From Escherichia phage vB_EcoM_WFL6982: a stretch of DNA of 64,000 nucleotides. The position numbers and the translations under genes are program-made. The stretch lies in the sequence record MK373774.1. One strand, written 5' to 3'. Positions within the stretch are counted from its first letter, which is position 1. Every line of letters begins with the position of its first letter. Shown in pieces: positions 19,150 to 27,935 of this stretch. Under the pieces are notes generated by a model. That model was not told the DNA's origin and made no database searches. It saw nothing but the letters and a program-made list of their open reading frames with translations.

Positions 19150-19518
19150 TTAATTAAATTTGTTTAAACGTTCAATACACTGGATGTAGTTATTCGCGAT
19201 TTGTTTCTGGGTAGGCTCTTTACCAGTTGTTTCAACATAGCGAATGAATGCGATTTCAGTAGCCTGTAGACAATGTTCTTTAACGCGTTGTTCTTTTGAC
19301 AATGCTACGGTATCAGAGTCACGATAACGTTGAGCATGGGCATCAGCTTGAATCATTCGATTACCTACAGTAACCGGGTCTTCCACTTCAACTTTAGGTT
19401 GGTCGTACTGTTTAACATTCGGATTGTAAATCAATTGGCCGACGTTATTAGGGATAAAGCCATGGGCACCACATCCGGTTAATCCAAATACCATTGCTAA
19501 AGCGATTAATTTTTTCAT
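19150..19518 (-). CDS. putative lipoprotein
   Basis: 122 aa; signal peptide with lipobox LTGC. Confidence 0.55.
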   Translation of the reverse strand: MKKLIALAMVFGLTGCGAHGFIPNNVGQLIYNPNVKQYDQPKVEVEDPVTVGNRMIQADAHAQRYRDSDTVALSKEQRVKEHCLQATEIAFIRYVETTGKEPTQKQIANNYIQCIERLNKFN

Positions 19519-19578
19519 TTCAATTTCCTCTGTAGTTGATAGAAAGATAGTAACACAGTATGTGGTGCTTGTAAACAG

Positions 19579-19791
19579 CTATTTTAAACTTTTTCGAAAT
19601 TTGCGTTTTTCTTGACGAATCTGTCGTTTAGTCGGACGTACAGCAAATTTAACGAAGTCCACTTTGCCGTGTGGAAACTTTTCAGATGCTTCGCAGTCCA
19701 TCATTAGTTCCCATCCTTCCAGAATAAGAGCTTTCCATTGTGTAGTTGATGCAAATTCGTATGTTGATGGTTTAAACACAGTTGAATACAT
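19579..19791 (-). CDS. small protein with basic C-terminal RPTKRQ tail (family of three in window)
   Basis: start moved to internal ATG after dmd stop; C-terminus VRPTKRQIRQEKRKFRK shared with ORFs at 47592..47771 and 48196..48393. Confidence 0.45.
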   Translation of the reverse strand: MYSTVFKPSTYEFASTTQWKALILEGWELMMDCEASEKFPHGKVDFVKFAVRPTKRQIRQEKRKFRKSLK

Positions 19792-19792
19792 A

Positions 19793-19984
19793 TTATCCTC
19801 TGAAATCAGCTTCAAAAACTTTCTCGTCATTAATAAATGCTTTAACTAATGCATTGTTCACTTCAGCAAGTTGTACCGTAACCCACTCGATTTCTTCGCG
19901 ATCACCTGATAACATGATATCTTTAGTGAACATCTCACCGCTTTTAAACCAACCGATAAAAGTAACTTTAGTTAATTTGCTCAT
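19793..19984 (-). CDS. dmd: Dmd antitoxin (discriminator of mRNA degradation, inhibitor of RnlA/LsoA toxins)
   Basis: about 63 aa from ATG at 19984; FIGWFK..MFTK..AEVNxALVKAFIxDxKV pattern matches T4 Dmd as recalled. Confidence 0.75.
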   Translation of the reverse strand: MSKLTKVTFIGWFKSGEMFTKDIMLSGDREEIEWVTVQLAEVNNALVKAFINDEKVFEADFRG

Positions 19985-20298
19985 ATTTCCTCGCAAAATG
20001 CCCATTCAGCGTGATAAACTGTAGCGCCTTTAGTATCATTCATTTGAACTACATCTACCGGAGAAATTACTCGATAGAGACGTGGTTCACCTCCATAAGA
20101 GCGTGCTGCTCGTCCTGCATAAATCTTTGCTAAACCGATATCTTCAGTAAAGAATACACGATCCAAGTTTTTCTTACGTCCAGTTTCAGACAGAACTCCT
20201 GTTTCTTCAGGAGAACAAAGCATGTTTTCGATGTTAGCTGAACTACTTGAACCGTGATAAAAAATCTTAAATTCTGCTTTACAATCGATGGTTTTCAT
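19981..20298 (-). CDS. hypothetical protein
   Basis: 105-aa ORF with early promoter upstream. Confidence 0.5.
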   Translation of the reverse strand: MKTIDCKAEFKIFYHGSSSSANIENMLCSPEETGVLSETGRKKNLDRVFFTEDIGLAKIYAGRAARSYGGEPRLYRVISPVDVVQMNDTKGATVYHAEWAFCEEI

Positions 20299-20324
20299 TT
20301 TGTTCTCCAGTAGTTGATAGGTCT

Positions 20325-20353
20325 ATAATAACACAACTACTGGAGAAGTAAAC
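20325..20353 (-). promoter_or_regulatory. T4-type early promoter
   Basis: GTTTAC-17nt-TATTAT followed by AGACCTATC. Confidence 0.6.
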
Positions 20354-20728
20354 TTAAAAACGTAATTTAGATATATCCGCGTTGATTTCGTTTTGGTTTG
20401 CGTCGTATGCAATTAAACGAACCGCTTTAGATGGGTCATTCAATGCATAGAAATGATGGAACATTGCTCGAACGATATCACCATTTACGAGTTCTACCTG
20501 GATAGGAGAACCTTTTTCGAGTTGGAAATGTTCATAAGCTTTGATGGTTCGTAGATAATCAAGTTTTTGATTTCCAGCTCCAACTATTTGTACGATACGT
20601 TTGCCTGTGTTTTCCATACGAGATACAATAGTTTTAGGAGCAAGAATAACGTAGGTTGCCAGCGGAGAAACTACTTCAACAGTTGTGTTTTCGGTGATTG
20701 CAGTAAAAATTGCTTGAGACATATTCAT
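20354..20728 (-). CDS. hypothetical protein
   Basis: 124-aa ORF. Confidence 0.55.
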   Translation of the reverse strand: MNMSQAIFTAITENTTVEVVSPLATYVILAPKTIVSRMENTGKRIVQIVGAGNQKLDYLRTIKAYEHFQLEKGSPIQVELVNGDIVRAMFHHFYALNDPSKAVRLIAYDANQNEINADISKLRF

Positions 20729-20792
20729 AATGTTTTCCTCTTGGTTTGTGTAAGTACATCATATCATGCCTAGAGGAAGATGTAAACCCCGA

Positions 20793-20813
20793 AAGGAGAC
20801 CGAAGTCTCCTTT
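20793..20813 (-). terminator. stem-loop downstream of gene 41 (possibly bidirectional terminator)
   Basis: AAAGGAGAC-cgaa-GTCTCCTTT hairpin; T-run on plus strand side. Confidence 0.4.
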
Positions 20814-20816
20814 TTA

Positions 20817-22259
20817 TTAAAATTTTAACTCATTGGCTAAGCTATCTAGGTCAGCACGTGTTGCTTTGGCTTTACCTACGCGTTCCGTACGATTCACCTC
20901 TGCCTGACGCATCTGAGCACCTGCGTTTTCATTTACTGTGTTAGGTGTGTTCATGCCTTCTTGCTCAATCTCAACCCATTTCTGATTGCCTTTACGTACA
21001 CCCATCAGGAATTTATTCCACTTATTCTTATCACCATATCGTGATTTGATTTGTTTGATAAGTTGTTGTTCAGCTTGTGCAAGTTCTTCGGTTTCAATTA
21101 CAGCCAACATGAAATCTGCCGTTGCTGGTAAACCTGCTGATTCTGCAATATCACTCATGTTCATATCCGAAGCATCCCATGCTGCACGTCCTACTTGAGC
21201 TGCAGTCCATAGAACTGTTTCAGATTCTACTGCTAATGCACGAAGTTCTTCTGCGATAGCTTTAACTAATGTGTAGCTATTTTCAGTGTAAACTCTGATA
21301 CGACAAGACCCACAAATACCTAAGTAATCAACCATGATTACAGATGGCACAAAATTCTTCTTAAGTTTTAACTCATTAAGCAATGCACGGAATGTATTAG
21401 CATTAGCTCCGCCAGTAGGATACTGTTTAACTACTAAACGTCCTAATGTGGATTTTGAACGCCATTTTTCCATCTTGGCTTTATATTCAGCATAAGATAC
21501 GTTACCATCATCGATATCATCGAGTGATACGTCAAGCATGTTTGCATCTATACGCTTAGCACAAACTTCTTCAGCCATTTCCATGGAAATATAAAGAACA
21601 TTATGACCTGTTTGAAGATAATCTGCAGCAAGTGAACAAAGGCCTAAAGATTTACCGACGTTAACACCAGCCATTAAAACGTTTAGTGTACCTGTTTCTG
21701 CACCGCCTTTAGTGATTTTATTCAAAATGTTTAATTTGAACGGGACCTTACGTGCTTTATTTAGATAAGAAAGCCAGCGTGCTTCGTAGTCTTCCATCCA
21801 GTCATGTCCAACATAACTATCAAACGAAATTGAAAGTGCTTGACGCATAATATCAGGAATAGCTCCTACGTCAGGCATTTTCTTGTTACGTTGTTCTGGA
21901 GGTAGTTCAGCATTAGACTGAATCTCAATTATTTTGGATGTAGCATTATACATCGCTTTTTGCTGGACATATTTCTCAGTTTCTTTAACCAACCATTCAT
22001 GGTCTTCAGGAGTATCAGCCAATTTTTCAATTAGGTCTGAAGTTCCTTTATATTCGGCTTCAGTTAAAGAACTGTTATCTAAAGCCACCTTTAACGCATT
22101 GATAGATGGCATTGCATTATATTCGTTAACGTGGCTCTTTATAATTTTAAAGACATTTTTTGCCGGTCCACGCTCAAAATAATCAGAATCCATATAAGGC
22201 CAGACCTTAGAAAAATAAGCCTGGTCATATACGAGATGAGACAAAATAATTTCTACCAC
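20817..22259 (-). CDS. 41: replicative DNA helicase (DnaB-like)
   Basis: 480 aa; Walker A GVNVGKS, near-colinear with T4 gp41 as recalled. Confidence 0.95.
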   Translation of the reverse strand: MVEIILSHLVYDQAYFSKVWPYMDSDYFERGPAKNVFKIIKSHVNEYNAMPSINALKVALDNSSLTEAEYKGTSDLIEKLADTPEDHEWLVKETEKYVQQKAMYNATSKIIEIQSNAELPPEQRNKKMPDVGAIPDIMRQALSISFDSYVGHDWMEDYEARWLSYLNKARKVPFKLNILNKITKGGAETGTLNVLMAGVNVGKSLGLCSLAADYLQTGHNVLYISMEMAEEVCAKRIDANMLDVSLDDIDDGNVSYAEYKAKMEKWRSKSTLGRLVVKQYPTGGANANTFRALLNELKLKKNFVPSVIMVDYLGICGSCRIRVYTENSYTLVKAIAEELRALAVESETVLWTAAQVGRAAWDASDMNMSDIAESAGLPATADFMLAVIETEELAQAEQQLIKQIKSRYGDKNKWNKFLMGVRKGNQKWVEIEQEGMNTPNTVNENAGAQMRQAEVNRTERVGKAKATRADLDSLANELKF

Positions 22260-22268
22260 GATAACTCC

Positions 22269-22631
22269 TTAAAAGAATTTAAATTTTTTCTTGGTTCGTT
22301 CATTAAAAGCTTGTTGTACTTGCATTGTAACACATTTTTCAACATGTGGTGCAAGTTCTGCTTTTCTGTCCTGGTCAAGAACTGCAAAGTCCATTACGAT
22401 TTTACCATCAACCCAGTCTAGTTTTGTAATATAGACTATATGATGGGAACCGTCTTCAAGTGTAATCAGAATCTCTTGAATGACATTTTCCATTGCTGAA
22501 CGGACAATTTTAAGAGATTCATTAAACACTCGTTCTTTGCGAATGTCCTCCCCTTCCGAAGAAGGGGATTCATCAACGATTTCTAGATTTAAATCATCGA
22601 GATTATTCATCGAAATCTTCCATTTCGTCAA
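22269..22631 (-). CDS. hypothetical protein (gene 40 position)
   Basis: 120-aa ORF between 41 and uvsX where T4 has gene 40; identity not verified. Confidence 0.4.
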   Translation of the reverse strand: MTKWKISMNNLDDLNLEIVDESPSSEGEDIRKERVFNESLKIVRSAMENVIQEILITLEDGSHHIVYITKLDWVDGKIVMDFAVLDQDRKAELAPHVEKCVTMQVQQAFNERTKKKFKFF

Positions 22632-23775
22632 GGTCGTTTTCTATATCTGCTGCAGACGGAGCATCAGAAGTTTTAACCGGAACTTTAGTTGTTGCTTTGC
22701 AATTAATAAGGTCGTTAACAGCGTCATCAACTTCTTTAATAGAAGAGATAGCACCTAGTTTATATTTAGTTTCAATTGCATCTCGGAAAGGTTTGTGTTT
22801 AAACAAAGGTCCCCAGAATTCTACACAATCAGTAGCTTTAGCACGCCACGATTTCTCTTCACGAATCATTTCGCCTGTTTCTTCGTCAAGGAATTCACGA
22901 GCATACCAACCAGCTTTAGGCTTAACTACAAAACCAATTTCAGTTGCCATTTCTAGCAAGCCACTGAATGGGTCGATACCACCATCGAAATTAACCGTGA
23001 TCGGGAAAGTAGATTTCTCTTTAACTGTACGAGATTTTTCTGCTTTCAACGTGAAGTCATAACCGGTCAATTCTGTACCTTCTTTAACCTGACGTTTAGA
23101 GATAAAGAATACAGTGTTAGCAGAATAAAGAATACCTGTACCACCGCCCATAATCTCTTTAGGATACAATCCGCCAATTTCCATTGCGGTATGGTTAATT
23201 GCAACACACGGAATATCTTTAATAGTCAGATACGGGGTCACAATACGGAAAAGAGATTTAAGTGCCTTAGCACGAGACATATCACCTACAACTTTCTCGT
23301 TCAATGCATCTTCAGTTTCTTTCTTAGATGCAGTATTACCGATTGAATCGATAAAGATAATAACTTTATCACCGCGTTCAATCGCGTCAAGCTGATTAGT
23401 CATATCAACTTTAAGTTGTTCGACTGACTGAATTGGTGTATGAACTACACGGTCTAAATCAACACCCATTGAACGAAAATAAGATTCTGAAGCACCAAAT
23501 TCTGAATCATAGAACAAACAAATTGCATCTTTATATTTCTTCATATATGCTGCAACCATAGTTAGTCCAAACAACGTTTTAAAGTGTTTAGAAGGAGCAG
23601 CAAAAATAGTCAAGCCTGATTGCAATCCTGCATTCAGAGCACCACCTAATGCAATATTCAACATCGGAATACGAGTAGGGACTTCATCACGATTATTAAA
23701 CAGCTTAGACTTAGTCAAGTCTGCAGTCATTTTAGAAGTAGAAGCTTTAATCAGACGAGATTTTAAATCAGACAT
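22603..23775 (-). CDS. uvsX: UvsX recombinase (RecA/Rad51-like)
   Basis: 390 aa; MSDLKSRLIKASTSK.. near-colinear with T4 UvsX as recalled. Confidence 0.95.
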   Translation of the reverse strand: MSDLKSRLIKASTSKMTADLTKSKLFNNRDEVPTRIPMLNIALGGALNAGLQSGLTIFAAPSKHFKTLFGLTMVAAYMKKYKDAICLFYDSEFGASESYFRSMGVDLDRVVHTPIQSVEQLKVDMTNQLDAIERGDKVIIFIDSIGNTASKKETEDALNEKVVGDMSRAKALKSLFRIVTPYLTIKDIPCVAINHTAMEIGGLYPKEIMGGGTGILYSANTVFFISKRQVKEGTELTGYDFTLKAEKSRTVKEKSTFPITVNFDGGIDPFSGLLEMATEIGFVVKPKAGWYAREFLDEETGEMIREEKSWRAKATDCVEFWGPLFKHKPFRDAIETKYKLGAISSIKEVDDAVNDLINCKATTKVPVKTSDAPSAADIENDLDEMEDFDE

Positions 23776-23873
23776 TGTATTTTTCCATAGGCATCATTAT
23801 ATTTTACTCATGTTTAAAAGATAAGATGATTATATACTAAGAGTTATACAGCATTTAAAACTTTAAATGGCTC

Positions 23874-24422
23874 TTAACGAGCCCATTTAATGATTTCTGT
23901 AATCAAATTATTACGTTCGCTTGCATTAAATCCTATAACTTTGTTAGAACCATCATGATTAAGTAATTGATACGTTTGGATTTTGTTATGAATTGCAAAC
24001 TCTTCAAAATGTGAAATGACTGTATTAAAACCGAATGAAGACAAAGTAATAAGGTCGTCTTCAAAACTTTCAGTCATTTCGTTACGTGTTAAAATAATTG
24101 TGAACACATCATGGTTTTGGCAAAGACGAACATAATCCTGTTCATAAACGTCAAGAACCGAGTCCGCATCTTGTCGAATACGTCCATAAACCCAGTTACT
24201 AATATATCCACGGTCTAATAGATAAATCTTAGTAGGGTCTAAATAATTCAACATCGTTTCGAAACAGCCAACTTCATTTCGAGACTTAACATCGAAACGC
24301 CCATCAACTGTTCGTTTAGGGAAATCAATCTTTACATATCTTTCACTAATTTCCATTATGTCATTAATGAAAGTTGTTTTACCAGCATTATCCGGCCCGT
24401 CTACTAAAATAATTTTAGCCAT
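23874..24422 (-). CDS. P-loop nucleotide kinase, thymidylate-kinase-like
   Basis: 182 aa; P-loop LVDGPDNAGKTT resembles TMPK GxDGAGKTT; LDRGY resembles the TMPK DRY motif; occupies T4 beta-gt locus. Confidence 0.5.
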   Translation of the reverse strand: MAKIILVDGPDNAGKTTFINDIMEISERYVKIDFPKRTVDGRFDVKSRNEVGCFETMLNYLDPTKIYLLDRGYISNWVYGRIRQDADSVLDVYEQDYVRLCQNHDVFTIILTRNEMTESFEDDLITLSSFGFNTVISHFEEFAIHNKIQTYQLLNHDGSNKVIGFNASERNNLITEIIKWAR

Positions 24423-24423
24423 T

Positions 24424-25323
24424 TTATTCCTCGATTACGACATCTTCGTATTTAGGTATATTATACGGTGAAGAAATTAAAGCATTAAAGTAGATGAACT
24501 CACCAAGACCTGGATGGAATACTTCTTCAGGATTTTCGAAATATTGAATCTTCGGACGTCCTTTAAGAATTTGATAGTACTCAGTTTTAGTTGGATTAAA
24601 AATTCGAATCAGCGCTTCTTCAGGATACTTATTTCTGTCGAAACTATTATTTGGATCAGTTATATAAAGCGGTTGACCTAATTGAATTGCGCATTCAACC
24701 ACTTGTTCAAAACGATAGCATGGGTCACTAATTCGAAATGGATGAAAAATACCATCTAGATGAATAGGAGCCAAATCACCTACAAGACGCTGCATGACGG
24801 AAGGACGTATAACTTTCTGCGTTACGATAATCTTATTACCATCTGCACCTGCGTTAACCAGCACTTCTTTTTGACGTTCATTCAACACAGTAGTTTGAAG
24901 TGAACGATTAACAGACAACATGTCGGTTTTTAAGAATTCATCAATATAAAAACGTGGTTTATTAGGGTCTGCAGTGATATTGAAATTGAATTCTACATCA
25001 AAAGCGCCGTCATATCCAGTGATATCTGTGATTAGAAAATCACAATCATAATAAGCAATTAATGAATCAACCACAAATTCATTTTCAGACCAAAAATATT
25101 TACGAGTGTTATACGCGTTATCTTTATACCATAATGGAACAAACTTAAATTCTGGGAAAAGACGTTCACATTCTTTAATATCAGATGCATTACGTGGATA
25201 TGTAATCACATCACCCGGATTAGCACGGTGCAAATGAAGTTGGAAGTTGCCATCCTTAAGGATAGCATACTGTCCAGTTTCATAAGACCGCATACTCAAG
25301 ATAGGTACGCGGAAAATAGCCAT
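24424..25323 (-). CDS. hypothetical protein at beta-gt locus (function unknown, possible DNA-modification enzyme)
   Basis: 299-aa ORF between TMPK-like gene and gene 42; no recognisable motif. Confidence 0.55.
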   Translation of the reverse strand: MAIFRVPILSMRSYETGQYAILKDGNFQLHLHRANPGDVITYPRNASDIKECERLFPEFKFVPLWYKDNAYNTRKYFWSENEFVVDSLIAYYDCDFLITDITGYDGAFDVEFNFNITADPNKPRFYIDEFLKTDMLSVNRSLQTTVLNERQKEVLVNAGADGNKIIVTQKVIRPSVMQRLVGDLAPIHLDGIFHPFRISDPCYRFEQVVECAIQLGQPLYITDPNNSFDRNKYPEEALIRIFNPTKTEYYQILKGRPKIQYFENPEEVFHPGLGEFIYFNALISSPYNIPKYEDVVIEE

Positions 25324-26039
25324 TAGTCAAGGAATCCTTTAACATAATCAAAATCACGTTCAAACACATGGGCACTTACCATGGTATGAGTATAATCACC
25401 AACTTCTACACCACATTCGTTAGCGATATAATGAAGTAATTTTCCTTGGAGATAAAAATCCAACTGCATAACAACAGCACAGTTCTGGGAACGCATATGA
25501 CAGTGGGTATAAAGCTTACCGTCACGAATATAATAAGTCACTGAGTCAGTACATGGATATTCAAGCGTTTCGTCCGAATCAAGCAAAGCCTGATCAGAAC
25601 TTTCTAGAATTTGGAACACAACTCTTCGGGAGTTAGGCTTCTCTTTAAGTTCTTTTAGAAGAGCTGGTAATTGGGCCGCAATGCGAGGACCATAGAAAGT
25701 GTTGAAGTTCGCCGGCAAAACATCTGATTTTGGTTTAGAAATAAATTTAGCGACATTAGGATATGCCTTAAACGCTTCTTCTGCGTTGGTACCACCAGAA
25801 ATCATAAACTTCCAGAAGTCTTCGGCATATTCATAAGAGATGCGGTTAATACGTGGGTCAGTCATTTTGAATGATGATGGAGTGTCAACAACTACTGTCA
25901 TAGACCCAATTTCATTACAACGTCCAATACGAGAATCAGTTACGAATTCCGGGTTTTCTAAAATTTCACGATTGACTGCTTTAAATGCGGTTTGAAAATC
26001 TGCGGCTTTGATATATTTCATTGTGTTATGTTTTCCCAT
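25323..26039 (-). CDS. 42: dCMP hydroxymethylase (thymidylate synthase fold)
   Basis: 238 aa; TS-like fold with catalytic Cys context (YPCTD); T4 gp42 size and position. Confidence 0.85.
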   Translation of the reverse strand: MGKHNTMKYIKAADFQTAFKAVNREILENPEFVTDSRIGRCNEIGSMTVVVDTPSSFKMTDPRINRISYEYAEDFWKFMISGGTNAEEAFKAYPNVAKFISKPKSDVLPANFNTFYGPRIAAQLPALLKELKEKPNSRRVVFQILESSDQALLDSDETLEYPCTDSVTYYIRDGKLYTHCHMRSQNCAVVMQLDFYLQGKLLHYIANECGVEVGDYTHTMVSAHVFERDFDYVKGFLD

Positions 26040-26081
26040 GTTTACCTCAATACAATTTATTATATACTCAATTCGTAAAGC

Positions 26082-26321
26082 TTATTTGAATTTCTTGACA
26101 ATGTTGATATAACGTAAAGCTTCAGCATCGATACTTCCAAGAACACTATGAAGAAATGCATCAGCGTAGTATTCCAATTGAACAGGTTCTTTAATCACTT
26201 TAGCCGCTTTAGTTTCAAACAGGCCCATAAGGGCCTTTTTAAGAATTTGTTCGTTAGTGTTCAGTTTAATAGTCAAAATCTCTTCATTAAGTTGGTGATT
26301 AAAAGTTTTTCTAGAAATCAT
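26082..26321 (-). CDS. hypothetical protein
   Basis: 79-aa ORF, ATGA overlap with upstream gene. Confidence 0.45.
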   Translation of the reverse strand: MISRKTFNHQLNEEILTIKLNTNEQILKKALMGLFETKAAKVIKEPVQLEYYADAFLHSVLGSIDAEALRYINIVKKFK

Positions 26322-27487
26322 TCCGGGTACCTCAGAGCGTCATCAGAGTTAGTTATATCAATAATAGATATAGAGTTTTCTGCTAACCCGTTTTTAGATA
26401 ATTGACGTTTATAATATCTTTCACAATATGTACACGTTGATCCACAGATTTCATTAGCACAATCAAAATCTGGATGTCTGAACCACCTTTTTTCTAAAAA
26501 GCCATCTAACAAAGAGGTTTCAATATTTACTGTATGTGAAAACTCAGTTTCATTTTCAAGAGTGAAAATAGTCTCTAAAGGCTTCCACAGTTCTAACAAA
26601 TTACCTTCAAACTTTTCAGAAGCGTATGCTTCAAGAACTTTCAAAATGTAGTCTGTGCTACCTGTACGTCCTGAAACTTTGAATTGAGTGATACCAATAT
26701 CATTATAAAGTTTCAAATCTTGAGGACGAACAAAACGAGTTCTCAACCAGTTAAATGGGTCTGTATCACGAGCTTTAATACAGTGCTGCATTGGATATCC
26801 GTTTAAGGATTTAGCATCATCAGCTGTAACATCAGTACTATGGAAAATATAGCAAGAGTCACGATAGCTACAATGTGTTGTATACCCTTTACCAGCGTTA
26901 GAACAGAACTCATTTACAAGAACTTCAAATATTATATTGTTCTTATTGCAAAACTCTGCTGCACGCTTCAGGAAAGAAACTGAACGGTTCTTATGAATTC
27001 CACAGCAGACCTTTTTGATATTGTATTGGTCATGTAAGTATTTTATTTGAGTTACAGCATCGACATGTAGAATTGTTGAAACTTCAATCTCAATGTCTTT
27101 ATTGACTTCACGAACAATTTCCATAACAACAGGGTTAGCGATAGTAATACGCCATACGCCTATTGACCAAAGATACTGAACATAATCCTGAATAGCTTTC
27201 TTCTTCCACTCGACTAGTTCTCTTTTTGAACCAGGATTTATCGTGTTGAGTGTATAGTTAAAGCAAATACCTAATTCGTTACAACGTTTAACGTAATCTT
27301 CTAACATCTTTTTGTCGACGTCAGGAAGCCTAAAATCAGGTCTGGCTGCTACAAAAGCCATTTCTCTTGTAGAGCCGTATACTTCGTTTATCAAGCTATT
27401 AGGATAAGTTTTATTGAGCTCTACGATTTTATCAAGAAGAGCTAAATCAAAATTCGTTCCGATTTTAAAAGTATTCATTTTTTGCAT
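26318..27487 (-). CDS. Cys-rich U32-like (peptidase U32 / putative Fe-S enzyme family) protein
   Basis: 389 aa; IEIEVS..YLHDQYNIKKV and EVLVNEFCSNAGKGYTTHCSY blocks resemble E. coli YhbU-type U32 proteins; C-terminal CANEICGSTCTYC cluster. Confidence 0.45.
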   Translation of the reverse strand: MQKMNTFKIGTNFDLALLDKIVELNKTYPNSLINEVYGSTREMAFVAARPDFRLPDVDKKMLEDYVKRCNELGICFNYTLNTINPGSKRELVEWKKKAIQDYVQYLWSIGVWRITIANPVVMEIVREVNKDIEIEVSTILHVDAVTQIKYLHDQYNIKKVCCGIHKNRSVSFLKRAAEFCNKNNIIFEVLVNEFCSNAGKGYTTHCSYRDSCYIFHSTDVTADDAKSLNGYPMQHCIKARDTDPFNWLRTRFVRPQDLKLYNDIGITQFKVSGRTGSTDYILKVLEAYASEKFEGNLLELWKPLETIFTLENETEFSHTVNIETSLLDGFLEKRWFRHPDFDCANEICGSTCTYCERYYKRQLSKNGLAENSISIIDITNSDDALRYPE

Positions 27488-27533
27488 CTCGCGTTAATTG
27501 ATGCGATGGTTTTTGCAGGTCTTACTTAAATTA

Positions 27534-27935
27534 TTATAGATTCGGTTTATATGATTTAAATGTTTCGAATTCGCCTTTATTCATAAGAGCTTTGAATTCG
27601 TCAGGACGCATAGCTTTGTCGTCGATAATCCAATCATATACTGGTTTATGTGTTAGCAAATTATGGTACTTCAAGCCAATGTTTGCCAAGTTCTGAATCA
27701 GACTTGGGAGAATGTCAATTGCTATACGACCAGGACCTACTGACTTCATACCGCGAGCAGTGTAAAGCGTTATGGTATGCCCTGCATCATACAGGGCATT
27801 AATGGCAGACACCATTTCGACGTCTGGTTTGAAGTTCACGTAATCACGATTGTTATTCCACTCTGTTATACAATCATCGACATCAAAACAAAGATTAAGC
27901 ATGTTTTCTACACGGTGCATTAGATTCGTTCCCAT
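27534..27935 (-). CDS. small HAD-superfamily phosphatase
   Basis: 133 aa; HAD motif I FDVDDCIT, motif II T (LYTARG), motif III K...DD (KPVYDWIIDDK). Confidence 0.6.
   Translation of the reverse strand: MGTNLMHRVENMLNLCFDVDDCITEWNNNRDYVNFKPDVEMVSAINALYDAGHTITLYTARGMKSVGPGRIAIDILPSLIQNLANIGLKYHNLLTHKPVYDWIIDDKAMRPDEFKALMNKGEFETFKSYKPNL

Noticed and set aside
20793-20813. Interpretation as a plus-strand rho-independent terminator
   Set aside because: The T-run follows the hairpin on the plus strand, but no plus-strand gene ends here; kept as a minus-strand stem-loop of uncertain function
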